A stretch of 63,333 nucleotides of DNA, filler included, from Octopus bimaculoides (taxonomy: Eukaryota), in NCBI RefSeq assembly GCF_001194135.2. It is 11 parts of 10 records of this genome, joined end to end, with 100 filler letters (N's around TTAATTAATTAA, not from the genome) between each part and the next. Parts side by side here need not be neighbours in the genome. Positions count along the whole stretch, not along the records: positions 9,749 to 19,674 come from NC_068983.1; positions 19,775 to 24,076 come from NC_068981.1; 9 more parts are not named here. One strand, 5' to 3'. A program made the translations under genes and the position numbers. Shown here piece after piece: positions 10,044 through 23,730 of this stretch. Position 1 is the first letter of the stretch, and every line of letters begins with the position of its first letter. The notes beneath the pieces were generated by a model that had not been told where the DNA came from, made no database searches, and saw only the letters and a list, made by a program, of their open reading frames with translations.

Positions 10044-10492
10044 GATATATTGAAAAGGAAAGAGAAAGAGATTTTCCTTTCACTCGTTAAAAAAAGAACA
10101 ATTTTATAACAAGACAGGTATTTATATATCATGCTTATACACATATATTGCCTAGAAGCATTTGTTGACCAAAGATGTTAATGCAATACTACAAGTCTGG
10201 TATTTCTTATGAATATACACTGTCTGACATTTCATAACCTTCACACTTTAACTTACTCTTTGCATTTCCATGGATCGTGTAAGAAGGAAGGTAAAAACTT
10301 AAACATTCAAAGTGTGAAATGCCTTACGCTAGTATTAGGAACTAATACTTTATATTTTAAGACTCAGTATGTATTAAGGAGATGCAAAAGACGACGGAGA
10401 AGAAAAGAGAAAAAAGTATAAAATAAAACGGTGGAAAGGAATATGTGTCTGCTTTTTCTGCCTGTGTATATTTATTCACATACACAGACACA

Positions 10493-10546
<54 letters not shown>

Positions 10547-11203
10547 TATGTATATATACACACTCACATTTATAAGCACGCACAGATACACATACACACA
10601 CACATATATAAGCACGCACATATATAAATATAAACGCACACACACACGCATGCTTAAAACACTCACAGACATATATACACGCGCGCATACACATACAGTG
10701 GCACATATTTATACTCACTCACTCATAGACACATATATAGTAAATAAAAAAAATTCTTCACCTTCTACACGCTGATAATATTTAAACATTTCATACAACT
10801 GTATCTGCAGGGGACAGTCTAATGGCTTTAATACTAAAGTAGAGAATGTTCAGAAAAATTCTAAATACAGAAAATACTAGTACAGCCATCACCAGAAACT
10901 GCATTACAACAATTTCGCGAATAACACCAAAAAGACGGTCACCTCAGGCACCAAATATGAAACGGCTACCATCATCACCGTCATCATTGCAGCAATAAGT
11001 TTTTTTTTTCTTTTCGAAAAACGAACATGGTAAAAAAAAAAAAAAGAAGCGTTGATGATGCATTTTCAGAATCATACAAATACGAACTAAGACATATGCA
11101 AGTAAAAGCATTAATATATAATTTTTCTTTTTCCATATTCACTGTTACTGTTTTTCTCTCTATTTCTTCCTCACACATTCTATATACATGTGTGTGTATG
11201 TAA

Positions 11204-11749
11204 GACATAGATGTATACTTTCAATTTGAATATTAAAACTAAAACAGGTGTACTAGTCGACACACATGTACTCGTCTACTCGGCTCAAGTTTGAAATATT
11301 ATAAAGATGATCACCCTAATTTGAGCGAAATGACGTTGAAATCTAATGAAAAACTTAATTAAACAATCATCTGTGGAGACATTTTACACCACGGATGGAT
11401 GATAATGGTTACACAACATCTCACCTATGTACTACAGGTGTAAGAATATATCGAAACAATTGTAGTCGTGTTAGATAAACTATGTCGTTAATTCCATTTT
11501 GTTTTTACCCCCTTACTTGATTCCGCCATTTGACTGCGGCCGTGATGGAGCACTGCCTTGAAGAGTTGTAGTGGAATGAATCGACCCCAGGACTTAATCA
11601 TTTTAATCCTAGATTTTACACTATCGTCTCTTTTGCCGCTTAGTTATGGGGACATAAACACAGCAGCACCGTTAGTGAAACCGTAGTGGCGGAGAAACAC
11701 AGGCAAAATGAAACGCACACACTCATTGATATATATGTATGTATGTATG

Positions 11750-11825
<76 letters not shown>

Positions 11826-11841
11826 CACACACATACACACA

Positions 11842-11904
<63 letters not shown>

Positions 11905-12180
11905 TACACAGCATCTCACCTATGTGACATGCTGTGTAATCGTTATCATCCATCCGTGGTGTAAAATACGCCTCCCCAGATAATTGTTTAATTAAGCTTT
12001 TCATTAGATTTCAAAATCATTTCGCTCAAAGTGAGGAATCATACCCCTACTTTGGACATTCAAATTAGGGAGTTCATCTTTCTAATCTTTCAAACTTGAG
12101 CCGAGTAGACGAGTACATGTGTGACGACAAGTACACCTGTTTTAGTTTTAATATTCAAATTGAAAGTATACATCTATGTC
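11204..12180. mobile_element. foldback/MITE element with ~215-bp inverted arms, interrupted at its apex
   Basis: The left arm GACATAGATGTATACTTTCAATTTGAATATTAAAACTAAAACAGGTGTAC... (11204-~11418) is the reverse complement of ~11930-12180. Confidence 0.85.
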
Positions 12181-15100
12181 ATACATAGATACATATACAC
12201 AAATATACTACGAGTTTCTTTCAATTTCCGTCTTCAAAATCAACTCACAAGACTTTAGTCGATCCGAGACTATAGTAGAAGACTCTTGCCCAAGGAGCCA
12301 CGTAGTGGGACTGAACTTGGAACCATGTGGTTGGGAAGCAAGCTTGTTATTTATTAATTTATATAAACTCTACAGATACTATGGAATTCCTGATGCAGTT
12401 CCACTGTATGATGACATCAAATTTCCAATAAGAATGGAAGGGCTTTGCGTAGCATGATAGCTACTTGGAGTCATTATCGGATAACACCACCTCCGTCTTC
12501 AGGAGATAATTTTATATTTGAGCTGTTAATAGGATGGAGTTTAAAGAGAACACCTGCCTCTAGCGTATGAACTACATACGCACACGCACACACACATAAA
12601 CACTCACAAACACACACATACATATATATTTATATACATATAAGTGAGTATAAGTACATTTGCGTGTATTTTATGTATGTCATTAAATATTTACATGCGG
12701 GTCATTATTTATAGTTATGTATGTGTGCGTGTGTCCATGTATATGAATAGCTATCTGTATGTGTGTTTACATGCAAATATGCACGTAGGTACACGAGGAA
12801 ATGTTGCTAGAATTGAGATCGCAATATTTTATTTACAAGCTGTATTGATACATAACTTCTCCAGTTTAATATTTCACTCAATAGACTTATGTTGCAGTCG
12901 AAATAATTTACATATAATCTGTATATTTATTGAAAACGCTTGTACAAGGCTGAAAAATAATGGCTAAGAGTAATTATCTTATACCCTGTGAAGTGCTTAT
13001 GTATCTTAATACGAAATTGATCCGTATAAATGGTAGAATTATATCATTATCATCATCATCATTGCTACATTTGATTGACCGTTCATACGGATCATCTAAC
13101 TTGTTACATGTACTTATTAAAATGTACCTTGCTCTTCTGTATAATTCTAGGTGTTCAGTGGATAGAAAAAGACGTGTTACTCTTCTATTAATCACAAAGT
13201 TCTTTTAACTTTTACAGAACAGTAATGCTAATTGATACATTTCCATCAGGCATTTCCGTTTCAATGATTAGAAACTAATATAATCGATGGTACTTGTTAA
13301 AATTTTTTGCTAATTTGGAAAAGTAACACGCAACAGATATTCTGCATTTGGAATGTGGAACAACATAAAATACATTTGAAAACTTCACAAAATTATAACG
13401 CTGAATAACCTTTGAATGCCGTTTCTTTTGAATTTCACAAAAAACGAAAAACAAAATTTACGAAAAACTCTGAAATAAACAAAAGGACAATTGATTTTCA
13501 ACATTACATTTGTCATTATTTTGAAGAGATTCATTAAAGAGATATATTACTGTTTGAAGAATATTTAATGAGTTTCAAAACTATGGGATATATAANNNNN
13601 NNNNNTGTGAATGTGCGAATGCGCCCGTTAATTTAACGATGCGTGTAGATGAAATATCGTGTACAAGTGTATTCTCTACAATTCTTAAGAATGCGAAATA
13701 ACTATTTTTTATGACATGCTATTCACGAAGAATAATATAATGATACTTTTATTTAAATATTACTTCAATTTATAAAATAAAAATCTATAAATGAAATAGC
13801 GAATAAATTTATACAAACTAAAGTGAAGTAATTTCAAGATTCGTTAAATAATAGGATTTTCCCATTTTTTGATGTTTGCTCCAAAGCATATGGCTCAAAA
13901 ATTATCTACTAAATGATTTTGTTTCTCACTTTCACTTGGCAATGTCTGATAGAAAATATATTGATTTTTGGAGTTTTGAACAATTAGAATAATTAAATGC
14001 ACTTTATGTTTTTTCGTTTTATTTCAGAGTTTGGAATTTAGACTTGTAGTCAAATGCAGTAATTACATGCAATTTTTTAGGAGCATAACTTCAATATATG
14101 TATATTTTTCATTTGTTTATTAATAAAAAATGAAAATAACAAGAACTTACTTTCACAATAGTTTGAAATATGCTTCAAATGGTGCAATGAATGATACAAA
14201 TGGTATTGCATGTATATAGGTGGTATGTGTGTTCTTGAAGTTACGCTTTCAAACAATTTACATCAATTATAGCTGGTCGCAGAAAAAGTGATTTGTGCTC
14301 CTAATTTAAGCAGAGCGAGTTCCACACATGAATAGGCTTACGTGCCTGTATATATAAGCGCAATTTTTGTGCTTCATGTATATACATAAGGTATGGTTTT
14401 TCAAATAATGGTAAAAAACATGCACTAATATGTTCCGAACGAAAAACAAAAATTTTGCACTGGAATTTATAACAATATAGAATATGTATACTTTTCTGGA
14501 TTTTGTTTTCATATTTCTCATCAACTGAGTACATACCATTTTCTTACCCAGAAACAATGTTGAGATATTGTAATTTAATTCCAAGTTGAATCTGTTTGCA
14601 TATGTGCGAATATGTGAGGTCAGAAATCTGATAACATTCTTCTTCAAACACAAACACTAATAACATCCTGTTCTGTCTATGAATGTTTGGATCAAAGAGA
14701 TATAAAATCGGCACCTTGAAGAAGTAGTACTTGGTGGGGATTACGATTTTGGGATAATCCGTATGATGCACACCGTGTTAAGCGACAAAAAATCATTTGC
14801 GTGAACGATCATCTATTAGTGTTCACATATGCATCTTCATATTTATGCCTATTTAATGTGCTTGACAATGCACATGTAAATGCACACAAATATGAGAAGA
14901 ATACTCTCATTTGCTTTTTGCTTATTGCAAATATAACGTAATTGAAACGTTTAGAGAAGATCACACATTTAGCACAACAGTCTATCACTAAAATATGTGC
15001 TACAATTTTGGCACACCATTTTTTTAGTCTTAAGCAAGGTCCTGATTTAGGAATCACAAACAGACTGCGGGCAATCAATTATAGCGGTAGAAATATAAGA

Positions 15101-18100
15101 CGTTTGCGAAAAGGAAATACCGCCACTGCTGTAGTTTACTTACTCGAGGGGAACCGTTAATATGTAAAAACGGCGTAAGAAATTGCCCCTCTACAGTCAC
15201 CCTCGCTTCCACATATACCACTTTTGAGTCGTAAGTATTGAAGCGGCGCATTCTTGGACTAGGCATGCTGTTATATGATTTGATATAGCGAATATCCAGA
15301 ACAGAGATGATCTTCATCGTGAAAAAATAAAAAGATAACAGGACAAAAATTAGTCATAATTGATAGCGTGTTTACGCGTTGTCATGTTCACATGTTTGTC
15401 AACATATGTGCACGTATGTATGTATGTATGTATGTATGTATGTATGTATGTATGTATATATTTAAAACCCTGTCTGTCTATCTGTTTGCCTCTGTTTCAC
15501 TCCTTCGCTCTCTATGTATTTATCTATGTATATATATATGTGTGTGTGTACGCATATATGTGTGTGCACGCCTATATATATAAATATATATATATANNNN
15601 NNNNNNNNNNNNNNNNNNNNNNNNNNNNNNNNNNNNNNNNNNNNNNNNNNNNNNNNNNNNNNNNNNNNNNNNNNNNNNNNNNNNNNNNNNNNNNNNNNNN
15701 NNNNNNNNNNNNNNNNNNNNNNNNNNNNNNNNNNNNNNNNNNNNNNNNNNNNNNNNNNNNNNNNNNNNNNNNNNNNNNNNNNNNNNNNNNNNNNNNNNNN
15801 NNNNNNNNNNNNNNNNNNNNNNNNNNNNNNNNNNNNNNNNNNNNNNNNNNNNNNNNNNNNNNNNNNNNNNNNNNNNNNNNNNNNNNNNNNNNNNNNNNNN
15901 NNNNNNNNNNNNNNNNNNNNNNNNNNNNNNNTATATATACATATGAATGAAATTGAATTGAACAAGTTTCAGCTCACAAGCTGTGGCCATGCTGGGGTTC
16001 AGAATTCTACAGAAAAGAGAAGCAAAATGACAGAGACAGGTAAAGAAACGACAATCATAGTGTATTATTTTGACTCGGGAAAATGGAAGAAATCTTTGAT
16101 GGTTCGAGCCTACACTCTTCTTTAGAATTGAATGAAGAACGAAAACAGGGAAAGAATAAAACGTGTCTGGATTAAGGGTTCCACACGTTGAATTGACATG
16201 AAGGAATTAGGTTGGTGGAAAGGAAGAAATAGCCGTAACTTTGCTAAAGTGTGCATGTGACTTTGAGCGTAAAGTGTGTGAGTGTATATGCGTGTAGATG
16301 TGTATTGGCAGGCTTGTCAGTGAGCTTGAAGTTTATGTGAGTGAGTGTACGTGCACATTTCGGATGCTCCTACCCTTCAGTAACACGTTTCAAATTATTT
16401 TAGTTTGGCAGTGTCGCTTGTTCTTAGGGTAAGGTTTCATATCCATTAAGTGCAATAAGCGAAACTAATATCTTCAGGAGTCTTAATTTTATGTAAGTGA
16501 AAAATTAAGAAAGAATAACAACAAATATAGGTGTTCATATTCTCTTTTGTAGACACAAGAACAACAGGGAAGGATATCATCATTTCACAGTTTGCGTGTC
16601 AGGCATAAGGTATTTAACGATTGCCAATTTAAAGGGCACAAAATCGTTATGCCTCCTGAAACTATGGGTGATAATTTCACACTTAATTGCAATTATGTAA
16701 GAGGTATTTCGCACTACTACATGTAATTATTTCTCTTATATGGTTCATGAGTCTTGGAATTTGCTATACTCATATACACAAACGCATATGAGTGTGTGTT
16801 TGGTAATTTCTTAACCTGTGTAAAACACTGAATTTCATTTTATCCGTTTACTATAGAATGCATGAGACACACGATAAATAGTTTTCAATATAATAAACAC
16901 CACACTGAAATAAGAACATCAGTCGATATAATCAATTGGAAGCCTCTGAAGGTGGTCCCACAATTAGGCCGCATTGACGGAAACGTTTAAACGACAATTT
17001 TACACTTTTAACAATGACCGTTGCTACTTAAATGAGAGAAAGTAAATAAATAAATATGTAGAAATTTGAAGATAAAGGTTATCCAATACAGTTCATTTTA
17101 CATTCAGTTATTTTTTTCTTTTTCTGTTTGGAACTCTGAAGTATGTGATAGAGCGCTTGTTTTATATGTTTTTGTCTCTCAACAATGAAGCGTGATGAAT
17201 TAGAAGACCTGATGGTGTGATATTGTGTTATTGATTGAAACAGGTGTTCTAAATATCTAATGACACAAAATTTAGTAGATTACAAGGCACTAATTTATTG
17301 TAAGATATCTCAAGTTGAAATTTAGCTTAATTAAATTATCTGTCTTCAACACAACTTCTTAATTCTTCTCTTCAACTAATCTATTCTAATTTACAGTTGG
17401 CATCATAATAATCTTTACCTCTATTGTATTAATTTCAGCGAGTGAAATGAAGGTAAACATTGATTTCTTGCTTTATTAGCTGTGCAGTCTTCGAGTAAAC
17501 TGAATTCTGAATAGCAGCCAGATTTATTAATTTATTATTAAATATATATCTTATGTATGCATTCTCTTCCTATCAATGTCGTACAGTAGTCAATGTTTAT
17601 AAAATATACTCGTGTTAATTAGTCATGTTACTATTATAATAGTTGGCGATTGAGATTCCTTTCTGGCTATAAAATATTTTTGAAATTTATAATACCAACC
17701 AGCAACACATACTCTTTCCGAAAAATAATAATACAAGGGAAATTCCGTCGCTCGTCGCAAAATTCCGTCGCTCGTCGCAAACGGAATTCACATTCATTTG
17801 TCTCGAGAAGTGGAATCCTCATGCCAGATGATACAGTTGTACCTTGCGTGAGGTAGGGTTACTAAGAACGAAGGATCTTGGATATCTGTGCTGATATCCA
17901 AGACATTTTGACGTCTACTACTCATGCTATTTCTTTACATTTAAGAATTCTTTTCTATTATACCCCCAACTGCGCAATCAATCCTGTCAGATTAGACCAG
18001 TTTTTCTTGATGTCCCAAACATTGGCTTCTTTCCTGTTCAGTTTATGCATGATGTTGCAAATTTACATCACCTCTATAAATAGGAACTGACACATATCAC

Positions 18101-18244
18101 TGAATCTTATAAGTTTTTTTGTTTAACAGTCATTGGAATGTAGCCATGCTGTGGACCACCTTGAAGGGTGTAACATTTCATTTGCCTAAACTTCTAAGTT
18201 ACAGCAACAACAAAAAAAATCGACACATATGTATGCAAATATGT

Positions 18245-18294
<50 letters not shown>

Positions 18295-19640
18295 GCATAT
18301 ATGTGTTGATTTGCTTATGTTCCTGTAATTGTGTGGAAGCCTTACACACACACACACGCAGACACACACACGAACGCACACACACACACACACAGATGCA
18401 TTCGTTGTGTGTGGACGTCAGGCTTCTACATAGTTTCCGACAACCAAATTCGTTACTCGTCAGCTGTGAGCGATAGTAAAAGATCTGCTCAATGTACCGC
18501 ACAGTTGAACTGAACCTGAAACCATTCTTAACGGCTCAGTCATGCATCTTCCAACATAAAGATTACCTTCCATCTTAAGAGCAATAAAATAATTCTAATC
18601 CTGATTATCTACATATCCTCAGCTCGAAAACAAAAAAGACAAGTAATGAAGTGTTAATCTAACGTATGATATGGTGCTTCTCAACCAAAACTGTTACCTT
18701 GCGCAGCGTCGAAATCAAGCACATGGTGAACATTCAGTCGTTAATTCATTATAAATTGCAGATGGATTTATAATCGAATACTGCATTTACGATGTTTTCT
18801 GATATCTCAATAAGACTACGAATGATGCAACCTGGAATTTATTGGTGAGCAGTAATGTTTATATATATGGTTGTATCTATTCATGTAAGTAGTTATTAAT
18901 TTATGTACCAATTCTATACATTGAGATACTTGCAAATGCTCATGCATTCATATAATATTGATCTTCTACGCTTTCTTCCATCTGTCTGTGATAATGAGCG
19001 ACATCATCTTCGGAAATATATAAATTTATATTAAAGATAATATAAATATAATTATTTTAAAGATACTATAAAGATAGTTAGAAATAATATTATTTGAAAT
19101 GTATATACATAATTATATTATTACTATGATCTAACATTCCCCACTCTCCCATACGCAAAGCCATAGATTCATAGATAGATAAAAATAAGAAGAGAAATAT
19201 TAAGAAGAGAAACCTAATTGTTTCATCCGAGATTAACCAATATTAAATTTATAAATTTGATTGTAGGAATTATATTGTGAAGTAAACTATAAACATTTTC
19301 TTTGGAAATATTGAGAGCAGAATGAATATAATACGCCTTGCATTGTATAATATGAAAAAAAATTGGTGTTCAAATCGAGTCCTCGTGGAAACAAGTGATG
19401 GATGGTAAAGAATTGTGCAGGTGCTACGCTACAAAAGAATCATGAATTCCTAAGATTGCCGGCATGATAATGATGCGCTGGAATGTATGTGTTTACATCA
19501 TGATGGCAAAGGCTGCGATTAATATAGCATAGCATCAAAGAGGAAAATTGAGTTGCGGCTCAATCGGTGCTTATCATTTTTATTTGGTTAAGTAATTTTA
19601 ATTTCCGAACGAGTCACTTGGTTGAACATGGAAGCATATG

Positions 19641-19674
<34 letters not shown>

Positions 19675-19774
19675 NNNNNNNNNNNNNNNNNNNNNNNNNN
19701 NNNNNNNNNNNNNNNNNNTTAATTAATTAANNNNNNNNNNNNNNNNNNNNNNNNNNNNNNNNNNNNNNNNNNNN

Positions 19775-20021
19775 AGGTATAATAAAAAAATATTCAGACA
19801 AATACATAACAAAAATAGCAGGACTTACAAATATATATAACATACAGAAAATTGCACTACTGGGTACTGCACACATTCTACGCAAAACACTTTCAATACA
19901 GTAAACATAAGAGCACCACAGCAAACCACAGCACATACCCAAGGCGCACAGAGCTGCGCTCGGTAGTGAAGTGAAAGCACGTTATAAAAATAAAACTACT
20001 GAATAATAATAATAATAATAA
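19775..20021 (+). mobile_element. R4/Dong-like (RLE) LINE 3' end with (AAT)n tail
   Basis: GIIKKYSDKYITKIAGLTNIYNIQKIALLGTAHILRKTLSIQ* matches the QKxxLLGTAHILRK C-terminus of R4/Dong-type elements; a 3' UTR and (AAT)n follow. Confidence 0.8.
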
Positions 20022-20776
20022 CACCAACAACATCGAAAAATGCCTTAGGAATGAGAACCCAGGTTCGAAATTTCCCCAAGACACCTGATGAAGGCTGGAG
20101 GGTATATCAACAAACAAGATGAGGACAAATATCCGTTAAATGTAAATAATGTACAAGCATGGCTGTCACTAGGAGTGAAGACTGACTTACATGCTACATA
20201 CTGGACTTTTACTGCTTTCAGGGATTTGCGCATTTACAAACAGACACCAATACTATATCGGCCTTCTTATGTTAGAATCAGCGGAGCATCCAGGTGAGAG
20301 AGAGAAAGCTGCACCAGCAGTCAGTTGGTGCTCAGGAGTAACATGAAGTGGATTAACGCGTCGCCCAGTCCAAGGATCGAAACCACGGAGCTTATGCTTG
20401 CGAGCATCACACACTAGCTATTATTTTACTTACCTTCAGTAATGTAATTCAGGGAGAGTGAAAGATCTCTTTGTTATAATAAGTAACACGGTCGTCTGGC
20501 ATGTAACGGTTAAGCCGTTTGAGTCCCGTGGGAGAAGCTGTTCTCTTCTTGCTTCTGTCATAGAATGGTGCTTCTGACTCATAAATGTTTAATGTATGTT
20601 ATTTGTGTTCATATTTCCTTGTCGTACGTAAATACATACATACATACATGCATGCATACATACATACATATATACATACATACATACATGTTTCCGTGTT
20701 CATATTTCCGTGTCATACATGCGTACATACATAGCGACATACAAATATACATGCATGTATGTATATAATTAAATAC

Positions 20777-20814
<38 letters not shown>

Positions 20815-21005
20815 NNNNNNNNNNNNNNNNNNNNNNNNNNNNNNNNNNNNNNNNNNNNNNNNNNNNNNNNNNNNNNNNNNNNNNNNNNNNNNNNNNNNNN
20901 NNNNNNNNNNNNNNNNNNNNNNNNNNNNNNNNNNNNNNNNNNNNNNNNNNNNNNNNNNNNNNNNNNNNNNNNNNNNNNNNNNNNNNNNNNNNNNNNNNNN
21001 NNNNN

Positions 21006-21048
<43 letters not shown>

Positions 21049-21964
21049 CATATATATACATATACATGCACGCACACTGATACATACACACATTTTGCAT
21101 GTGCAACAGTATATGAAAGTGTGTGTGTATGTGTGTGTGTGTATGTGTGTGTGTATGTGTGTGTGTGTGAGTGTGTGTATGTGAATGTGATTGTATGTCT
21201 GCGTGTTTTTTTATTGTTTGTCTATATAAGTGTAGTAAAATATTATTGACTGTCATAAGCATAATTAGATGTTATTAAAGTTTTTTTTCTCTCTCTCTGT
21301 GTGCGTGGATATGTGTATTCATATGTTTATGTATGTTCATAATTTCTGGGGGGTTTTTTTATATGTAATATCTAAAACACATAACAAAAAAAAATAAATA
21401 ATAATATTAATAAAAACATTTTGATCACATGAAAAACGAAAAAAAAAATTTTTTTTTAAAGGAATAATTGAACAAAATTATCTTTATCGCCTCGCCAAAT
21501 TACTAGGCCTATTAAGTTGTCAACGTTCATGTTGGCAGCTACCAAAATGTTGAATTATCAACATTATGTATATGCTGTTAACAGTCCATGTCACTTGTGA
21601 AATCAGATGTAGTTATTAAGGTGATTATACCACTCGCACAACGTTTAACTCTAAGAATTCTATTGATTCCTAAAAGAGGCCCAAAATTTTCAAATATTGG
21701 TGGACGAGGGGAGGGGGAGGAACGTGGTCGATTGCATCGATTCCAGTACTTTTTTTTTTATTATTATTAATCTTTTAGTTGTTTCACTCATTGGACTGCT
21801 TTCAATGGTTTAGTCGAATAAATCGACCCTGGTATCTATCATTATCATTATATTTTATTTCCGTTACTTGTTCTATCGGTTTCTTCTGCTGAACCGCTAG
21901 TTTATAGGGACATAAACAAAACAACACCGTTTGTCAAGCGGTGATATGGAAAATCACAAACACA

Positions 21965-22063
<99 letters not shown>

Positions 22064-22714
22064 NNNNNNNNNNNNNNNNNNNNNNNNNNNNNNNNNNNNN
22101 NNNNNNNNNNNNNNNNNNNNNNNNNNNNNNNNNNNNNNNNNNNNNNNNNNNNNNNNNNNNNNNNNNNNNNNNNNNNNNNNNNNNNNNNNNNNNNNNNNNN
22201 NNNNNNNNNNNNNNNNNNNNNNNNNNNNNNNNNNNNNNNNNNNNNNNNNNNNNNNNNNNNNNNNNNNNNNNNNNNNNNNNNNNNNNNNNNNNNNNNNNNN
22301 NNNNNNNNNNNNNNNNNNNNNNNNNNNNNNNNNNNNNNNNNNNNNNNNNNNNNNNNNNNNNNNNNNNNNNNNNNNNNNNNNNNNNNNNNNNNNNNNNNNN
22401 NNNNNNNNNNNNNNNNNNNNNNNNNNNNNNNNNNNNNNNNNNNNNNNNNNNNNNNNNNNNNNNNNNNNNNNNNNNNNNNNNNNNNNNNNNNNNNNNNNNN
22501 NNNNNNNNNGAAAACTTCTTACCCAACAGTCACGCCTGTGCCTGTTCTTTTATTTTGCCAACCAAGCCCAGGAGAATAAATATAAAGATGATCCCGGCGG
22601 AATTTGAACGCGAGAAAAAGTATTGTACGTTGTGGTGCATAAGTTCCACTCGTCTACAAATCGCACTCGTCTATAAGTTGCACTTGTATAATATGTCGTC
22701 CTCGTGTGTAAGTT

Positions 22715-23220
22715 TCACATGCTGAACCTCTACAGCTCACTATAGGTCTTAATGGAATACCATCCTTGTGAATCTTAGGGAGACCGTACATGTGTGGTAG
22801 TTTTCTGTAGTATTGAGTTAGTTGTCTGTATTTTATTGGTGTAAAGTGATCCTTGTTCTTGATCAAGATCTGTGACAACTTCCTCTCTGTTTTCAGAGTT
22901 GGGTCTTTCTTTACTTTGCTGTAGCTACCATCACTTATAAGACTTGCCAGTTTTTCCGAGCAGTCAGACTTGTTCATCACCACTGTAGCATTTCCCTTGT
23001 CTGCTGAAAGTATTATGATGAAATTGTCACTTTGTAGTCTTTTGATAGCGAACTTTTCTTCCTTAGTGATGTTTGATTTGGGAAGTTTCGCTTTTTCTAG
23101 TGTCTATCTCACTTTCCACCTTAGTTCATCTCTCTGAGCTTTTGGTATCTTTATGGCTTTCTCATCCATAGGGGCTATTATGTCCAAGTATGGAATGCGC
23201 TTGATGGTTGTCGTAATTTT
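22715..23220 (-). mobile_element. Penelope-like element RT N-terminal fragment
   Basis: KRIPYLDIIAP...LRWKVR*TLEKAKLPKSNITKEE...ILSADKGNATVVMNKSD...YGLPKIHKDGIPLRPIVSCRGS contains the ADKG and YGLPKIHK/PLRPIVS motifs diagnostic of PLE RTs. Confidence 0.9.
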
Positions 23221-23419
23221 ATTCATATTAATGCTATTTAAAGAGCTGCTTGATTAAAAAAAAAAACGGAAATTAATAATGCTACTCACCCCTTCTCACA
23301 TAAGCATTGCAGAATACCTCGTTGCCATTTACCTATCATCAATATGTTACCTATTCAACAACTTACACAATGAAATATTACATTTGAAATGTATACATAC
23401 GCACAGACAGACAAACAGA

Positions 23420-23730
23420 CAGACATGATGGCTGTTCCCTAGTGACCGATGAAGACCATCACGGTCCGTTGTCCATGCAAAATGTCAGCAATGCTTGTTA
23501 AAATTTTTTAGGTCCAATGAGGTTTGCATAACATCTCATAGTCCCTCTCCACCCTATTGATATGGTTCACAGACAACCCGGGACCAGATATCTAATACCA
23601 ATATGGTCGCAAGCTCAGGAATGTGGAAGCGCCATGAACTCAAGTGCAAACAAAAGATCTCCAAAATGTCCAATGCATATCTGGTTTTGTACCAGAGTGA
23701 CCTTCTCCTAGAGACATGCTTTCATATACA
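23420..23730 (-). mobile_element. RTE-like LINE 3' remnant
   Basis: The minus strand gives a degenerate HIPELATILVL..W segment and ends in a (TCTG)n tail. Confidence 0.4.

Noticed and set aside
14809-15317. Minus-strand ORFs with a vague GPCR TM7/helix-8 look (NYVIFAISKKQMRVFF)
   Set aside because: There is no NPxxY, no consistent upstream TM helices and no valid acceptor; the similarity is too weak.
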